Source: the human T2T-CHM13v2.0 reference genome, Homo sapiens
Assembly (NCBI RefSeq): GCF_009914755.1
Contig: NC_060930.1
DNA: 64,000 bases
Strand: one strand, 5' to 3'
Every line of letters begins with the position of its first letter. The first letter of the stretch is position 1. Shown here one piece after another: positions 59,011-64,000 of the stretch. The position numbers were made by a program, and so were the translations under genes. Below the pieces are notes generated by a model that did no database searches, had not been told where the DNA came from, and saw only the letters and a list, made by a program, of their open reading frames with translations.

Positions 59011-59735
59011 GCAGCCAACAATCATATGAGAAAAAGCTCAACATCACTGATCATTTCAGGAATGCAAATCAAAACCACAATGAGATACTATCACACATCA
59101 ATCAGAATGGCTATTAATAAAAAGTCAAAAATAACAGATGCTGGTAAGGTTGTGGAGAAAACGGAATGCTTATACACTGCTGGTGGGAGCGTAAATCAGT
59201 TCATTGACTGTGGAAGACAGTGTGATGTTTCCTCAAAGACTTAAAAGCAGCAATATCATTTGTCCCAGCAATCTCATTACTGGGTATATACCCAAAGGAA
59301 TGTAAATCATTCTATTATAAAGACACATGCATGAGTACGTTCATTGCAGCACTGTTTACAATAACAAAGACATGGAATCAACCCCAATGCCTATCAATGA
59401 TAGACTGGGTAAAGAAAATGTGGTACATATACACCATGGAGTACTATGCAGCCACAAAAAAGGCATGAGATTATATCCTTTACAGGAAGATGGATGGAGT
59501 TGAAGGCCATCATCTTTAGCAAACTAACGCAGGAACAGAAAACAAAATACCCCATGTTCTCATAAGTGGAAGTGAAATGATGAGAACACGTGGACATATG
59601 GAAGGGAACAACACACACTGGGGCCTATTGGAGGCTAGAGAGGGGGAGGAGGTAGAGAATCAGGAAAAATAGCTAATAGATTCTAGGCTTAATATCTGGG
59701 TGAGAAAATAATCTGTACAACAAACCCCCATGACA
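59011..59735 (+). mobile_element. L1PA15/16-like 3' fragment lacking its extreme 3' end
   Basis: gcagccaacaatcatatg...gaatcaggaaaaatagctaat...caacaaacccccatgaca. Confidence 0.75.
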
Positions 59736-59884
59736 ATAATTCAATAATCAAAATAATTCAGTAATCTCATGTACGTAAGATTGGCAAAAAATGGCAAAGC
59801 TTGAAAATAGCAAGTTTAGGAAGTCTTTGGAGAAAGGGGAATTCTCCTTTATGGCCTTTGGAGCCCAGCAGGAGGAAAGCTTAC

Positions 59885-60140
59885 TTTTTAAGAGCATGGA
59901 CTCTGGAAGATGCCTTCTTCTCTTGCTAGCTGTGTGACAGTCAAGCTATTTCAAATACTTGTGCCTCAACTTCCTCATCTGTGAAACAGAAATGACAATG
60001 ATAGCCAAAACTTACATATAGCTTACTTGATACCCAGCCAGATCCTGTTCTAAGGTACTTCAAAGTGTTTGTGTGAGGATTAAATGTAAAGCTTTAAACA
60101 CACTGTCCTGCAGAATTAACACTACACAAATGTTAGATAT
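59885..60140. mobile_element. MIR fragments
   Basis: gctagctgtgtgac...gtgcctcaacttcctcatctgtgaaa...gtgaggattaaatg. Confidence 0.6.
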
Positions 60141-60164
60141 TTTTACTTGGTTTAGTAAAGCTAA

Positions 60165-60600
60165 GGCTGTTCATATACTTCAATCCAGTGATTCCACTTT
60201 GTACTTCTGAAGTACAAACTCCTGAAGAACTCTTGCACCCGAGTGCAGGGGCCTATATAAGCTTATGTATTACAATATTGCCTATTACAGCCAAAATTAA
60301 GAGTACCTAATTGACCGTCAGTAGGAAAACAAATAGTGGTGTATTCATTCAATCATAAGAGCTACATGGTTACATGTAACAACATGGACAAATATCAAAA
60401 AACATGATGGAAAAGCAACATACAGATTGACATACATGGTAAGATTCCATTTATTTAAAGCTTAAGCACATGCAAAAGAGTGTGATGTGTTTATGGACAA
60501 ATATTAACGTGGAAAATTTATAAAAACAGATATAAACGATCTCACCAACCTCAAGAGAACAGTTACATGTGGGTAAGAGAGGGGCAACAGGAATCCGGAG
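60165..60600 (+). mobile_element. L1ME-like 3' fragment
   Basis: tccagtgattccactt...aacaacatggacaaatatcaaaaaacatgatgg...gattccatttatttaaag. Confidence 0.5.
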
Positions 60601-62299
60601 AATGAGGAATTCAGGCTGATGGAAACACAGCCATATTCCATTGTACCATCTGAAACACAAAACCTCTGTTGCTGCGGAAGCCAACAAACAAAACAGGAGA
60701 GGCGCTAACAGGCTTCCACCACCTCAGCTCAGAAATGACACGGGGCATTTCTACTCACATTTCATTGGCTAGACCTAGGCATCTGGCCACACCAACAACC
60801 TGAAGGACATTCTTTTAGTAAACACTAGTAACGTCTCCCACACTTGGCCTGTGGTCTAAGTAGACAGAGCACATTCAACTCCAGAACAAATAACTTCACA
60901 TTGTCATTTTTTGCTCTTGATCTGAAATTTCTGAATAATTCAGTCTCCTTGGGTCCATCAATCTTTGGATCTTCAATGACTAGATCTGCCATCAAATACC
61001 TTGAAAGCCTTGATAGAGACCAACTTCTTGTTTCTCAGAGCCACCAGATGGGAGCAGAGGTTACCAGGATTTTATCCAATAGTGTCACAGAAAGTCTGGA
61101 GAGTTCTACATCTTTTTATGATTTTGTATAAGTGTCTAGGAATTTTTGAATTTTTAAAAATAAACGTTGCTTAGTAATCATCATAATTATTCTTTTAAAA
61201 TAATTCGAGATTTACTTCTTGGTCACATAATAAATCTCTTTGATTAGAGAGTCTTTGAATGAGGTGCATGCTGACTGGTAGATCATCCATGAGCTTGGGA
61301 GGCTTTGAAAGGCTCGTTCATCAAAGCCAGCAGTTTTGGCAAACTCTGAGCTACAGCTTTAATTAGCATCATGTTGCTTTCTTCAGTTTGGATTTGCATA
61401 AGTTAAAGCAGCCAGGGAAATATTTTACTAAAATCCACCTGTTCACTCAGCATCACCTACTCCTTTGGTTTTCCATAAATAGCTCAGGGTAAAGAGTTGA
61501 CAGTCTATCTGTTTCCATACACACAGCTTGGGTGACTCAACTAAACATATGGAAAGATAGAGTTTGGGGCTTTGTGACTCTTCTTGAGCCAGGGAAGTGG
61601 ATACCTGAGGCTGTTTTCTTAATACCTTCCTTGATACCTTTCCATTTGGCTCTCAGGTTTGGAGCTGGCCTTGTAATTAAATCGGAGCTCTAGCTGGCTT
61701 TGATGTTGCCCTGTCATCTTTTACTTTTTTTCTCAGTATCCTTAGAAACCAACACTCTCGCAAGTCACTCTCAGAGCTGCCTAAACTCTTTATTTAGACA
61801 CATAGGTTAAATTGTCTTTTAATTATCTATAGGTGTTAAATAATTTGGCTCTAATATGAAATTAATGACTGTAAACAGGATTGAAATAGAACAAAAACTA
61901 TTCCGATAACATAGGATATAGCTGTATTTTATAGTTAGTTTCCCGTATTATTGATATATTCTTCACTCACATCCACCCAAATACTGTCTGAAATTTGAGA
62001 GGAGAGGCAGGAGAGTGCAAATGAGGTTGCCAGTTACGATGGTTCTTACCATTCACCATCATAGGAAATAGCTTAATTCTTTACGGCAGTTTGGGTGGAT
62101 TCTCTTTGTCCTCCATTGATTCTGGAAATGGATATCTGACTATAAACAGATCCCACATCTCACAAAGCTTATTGACCCCATTTGAACCAGTTGAGCACTT
62201 TCAATGCCTTCCAGGATAAAAAGAGAAGTGGGTCCTTTCTATCCACATTCCATATTCTTCTCTCCAGTATAACTGGAGCAGACAGAGAATGAATGTGTC

Positions 62300-62673
62300 C
62301 ACCCTAAGTAAGCAGAGTGTGCTGGACATAGCATACATCTCCCAACTGCCCACATAGAGCCTCCAGCTGCTCCTTCAGGCTTGGCCTCAGCTGCCAAGAG
62401 TGGCCTCACTCAAGGGCTTGAACAGTTGTTCAAGATGGGGCTATAAAGGCTTGATCATTCTGGTGTGATGTGGGTCAGTTCTGATGGGCAATAGTTGCTT
62501 CTGAGCACCCCCTCCCCAGAATTGGCCAAAGCTTTGTTATATCTGCACCAAAGACTTTTCCTTTCTCCCAATACTACTTCTTTCCTCTCTCTTCCATAGG
62601 TGTTGATCCTTAATAATTCCTTGTATGCCAAACTCTGTTTCAGCTTCTGCTTTTGGACAACCCAACATGCAAC
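62300..62673 (+). mobile_element. LTR16-like ERVL LTR
   Basis: cataggtgttgatccttaataattccttgtatgccaaactctgtttcagcttctgc...acccaacatgcaaca. Confidence 0.55.
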
Positions 62674-63884
62674 AGAAGCAAGTTGAAAGCAGAAAGCATT
62701 TCTTCAGCCAGCCACGCATGTTAAGCACAGCTGTGACTTCTCCACATTGAAGAGTTGTGGCCCAGGTAGGTGAGGTGGTACAGCACCTGGCAGAGCCATA
62801 AAATTGTGGATTCCAAAGATGGTGAAAACCAAGGATGTAGAAGCTAGGAGAATCCTTTGAGGTCATTGAACCCAACTCTTGCAAAGAGGCTGAAGTTGGA
62901 AATTAGAGAATTGTCTCAAGACAGTGGTGGTTATGTTGACATAGTAACATGAGGACATGAAGGGGCTAACTCCCCCTTTCATGGAGAGTGGCTGCAGGAG
63001 ACCACCAATCCAGTGGGCTGGATTGGGGTCTCTGGCAGCATGTGGAGCAGTGGGCCAAAGGGAAGCTGGACATCAGCCTGGGGTTCCAGAGTAGAAAGCA
63101 GTGGCTTAGGAGATAACTGCAGCCCCATCGGTGATAGGACAAAGGGGTGCATTTTTTCATGGTGGGCTTGAGAGAGAGCTGACCTGGAACACTTAAAGAG
63201 GATTTGGCACAGGAGGGCTACCTGGAGAGGAGTTCAAAGCAGAACAAAAAAATTGTCTATGGAGCTGGATTACTGAGTCAGAGCCAAAGGGGAGCTTTAA
63301 GAAGCTACTGGGAAGGTATAACCTGCGTAGGGGATTTCTGGGTGTTAGCCTGATCATGGAGTTCTCCTAGAGCTCACAGCAACCCACCCCAGAGAACAAG
63401 TCAGTTTTAAGCATCAGTGTGGCCAGAGTGAGCAAATGGCTTAATGCAGGCAAGGAAGGCCCCCCTTACCTACTTTTCTTTCCAAACTGACAATCTCTGA
63501 GAGGGGAAGCCATAGGGGTAAGCCTCTGGGGGGAGCAGAAGGAATTGGTAGAATAAACAGAGAAGCAGACCATCAGGGCCCCTCTTCCAGATCAAAGCCT
63601 GTACAAGCCAGTAGCTAGGGGGAGCTAGGTGCTAGGAGATGCTTGTTTGGAGCTTTAAAAAGTTAATATTACGCTGTACCTCATGTATTATTTACCTAAG
63701 GATGACTGTTCTTATGCCTCAAAGTTACTGGAAGGCATTTATTCTCCAGGAGAAAGGCTGTGAAACCTGCCCAGGATCTTATTCAAAGAGGAAGTTGGGG
63801 CACAGATTATGCAAGGAAGGGAGTTGACAATAGAATTTGCAGAGGCAGTATTGACAAAGGAAAAGTCACTGTATGAATCCACAG

Positions 63885-64000
63885 GAACTGTGCAGTGGCT
63901 AATCATACAGATTGTGGCTCCAGATCACCTGGGTTCACATCCTACATTTATTAAGACTGACCTTGGGCATGTTGCTTAATTTCTGTCTCTCTTTCCTCAT
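63885..64000. mobile_element. MIR, running off the window end
   Basis: cctgggttcacatcc...gaccttgggcatgttgcttaatttctgtctc...tttcctcat. Confidence 0.6.

Noticed and set aside
62960-63700. Purine-rich segment resembling an ancient LTR
   Set aside because: Could not assign a family or boundaries with confidence

Overview
Human genomic DNA, intergenic or deep-intronic, made mostly of transposable-element relics. Species evidence is an AluYa5 with all five diagnostic changes, a 5'-truncated AluYb8-type copy and an SVA. I find no host protein-coding exon, RNA gene or CRISPR array; every recognisable ORF is a disrupted L1 ORF1/ORF2 fragment or an Alu/SVA/LTR read-through. The main structure is a ~28 kb block (7704-35763) of four L1s, all on the + strand, arranged as two nests. 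Nest 1 is a near full-length L1MA9-like element containing a full-length L1PA7-like element, which contains an SVA and an AluY. Nest 2 is an L1MA4-7-like element containing a full-length L1PA13-like element, which contains an AluSc-like copy and the AluYb8 fragment. Most target-site duplications (TSDs) are still readable. The flanks hold MaLR solo LTRs, hAT MITEs, MIR, L2 and L1ME fragments. The least routine signal is a set of old local templated-insertion, fold-back and inversion scars (about 1804-1994, 3964-4137, 8134-8161, 24580-24607, 34480-34542, 36580-36723, 50562-50634) that resemble microhomology-mediated repair. I see no evidence for a new gene system. Subfamily names rest on recalled consensus features, not on a database search.
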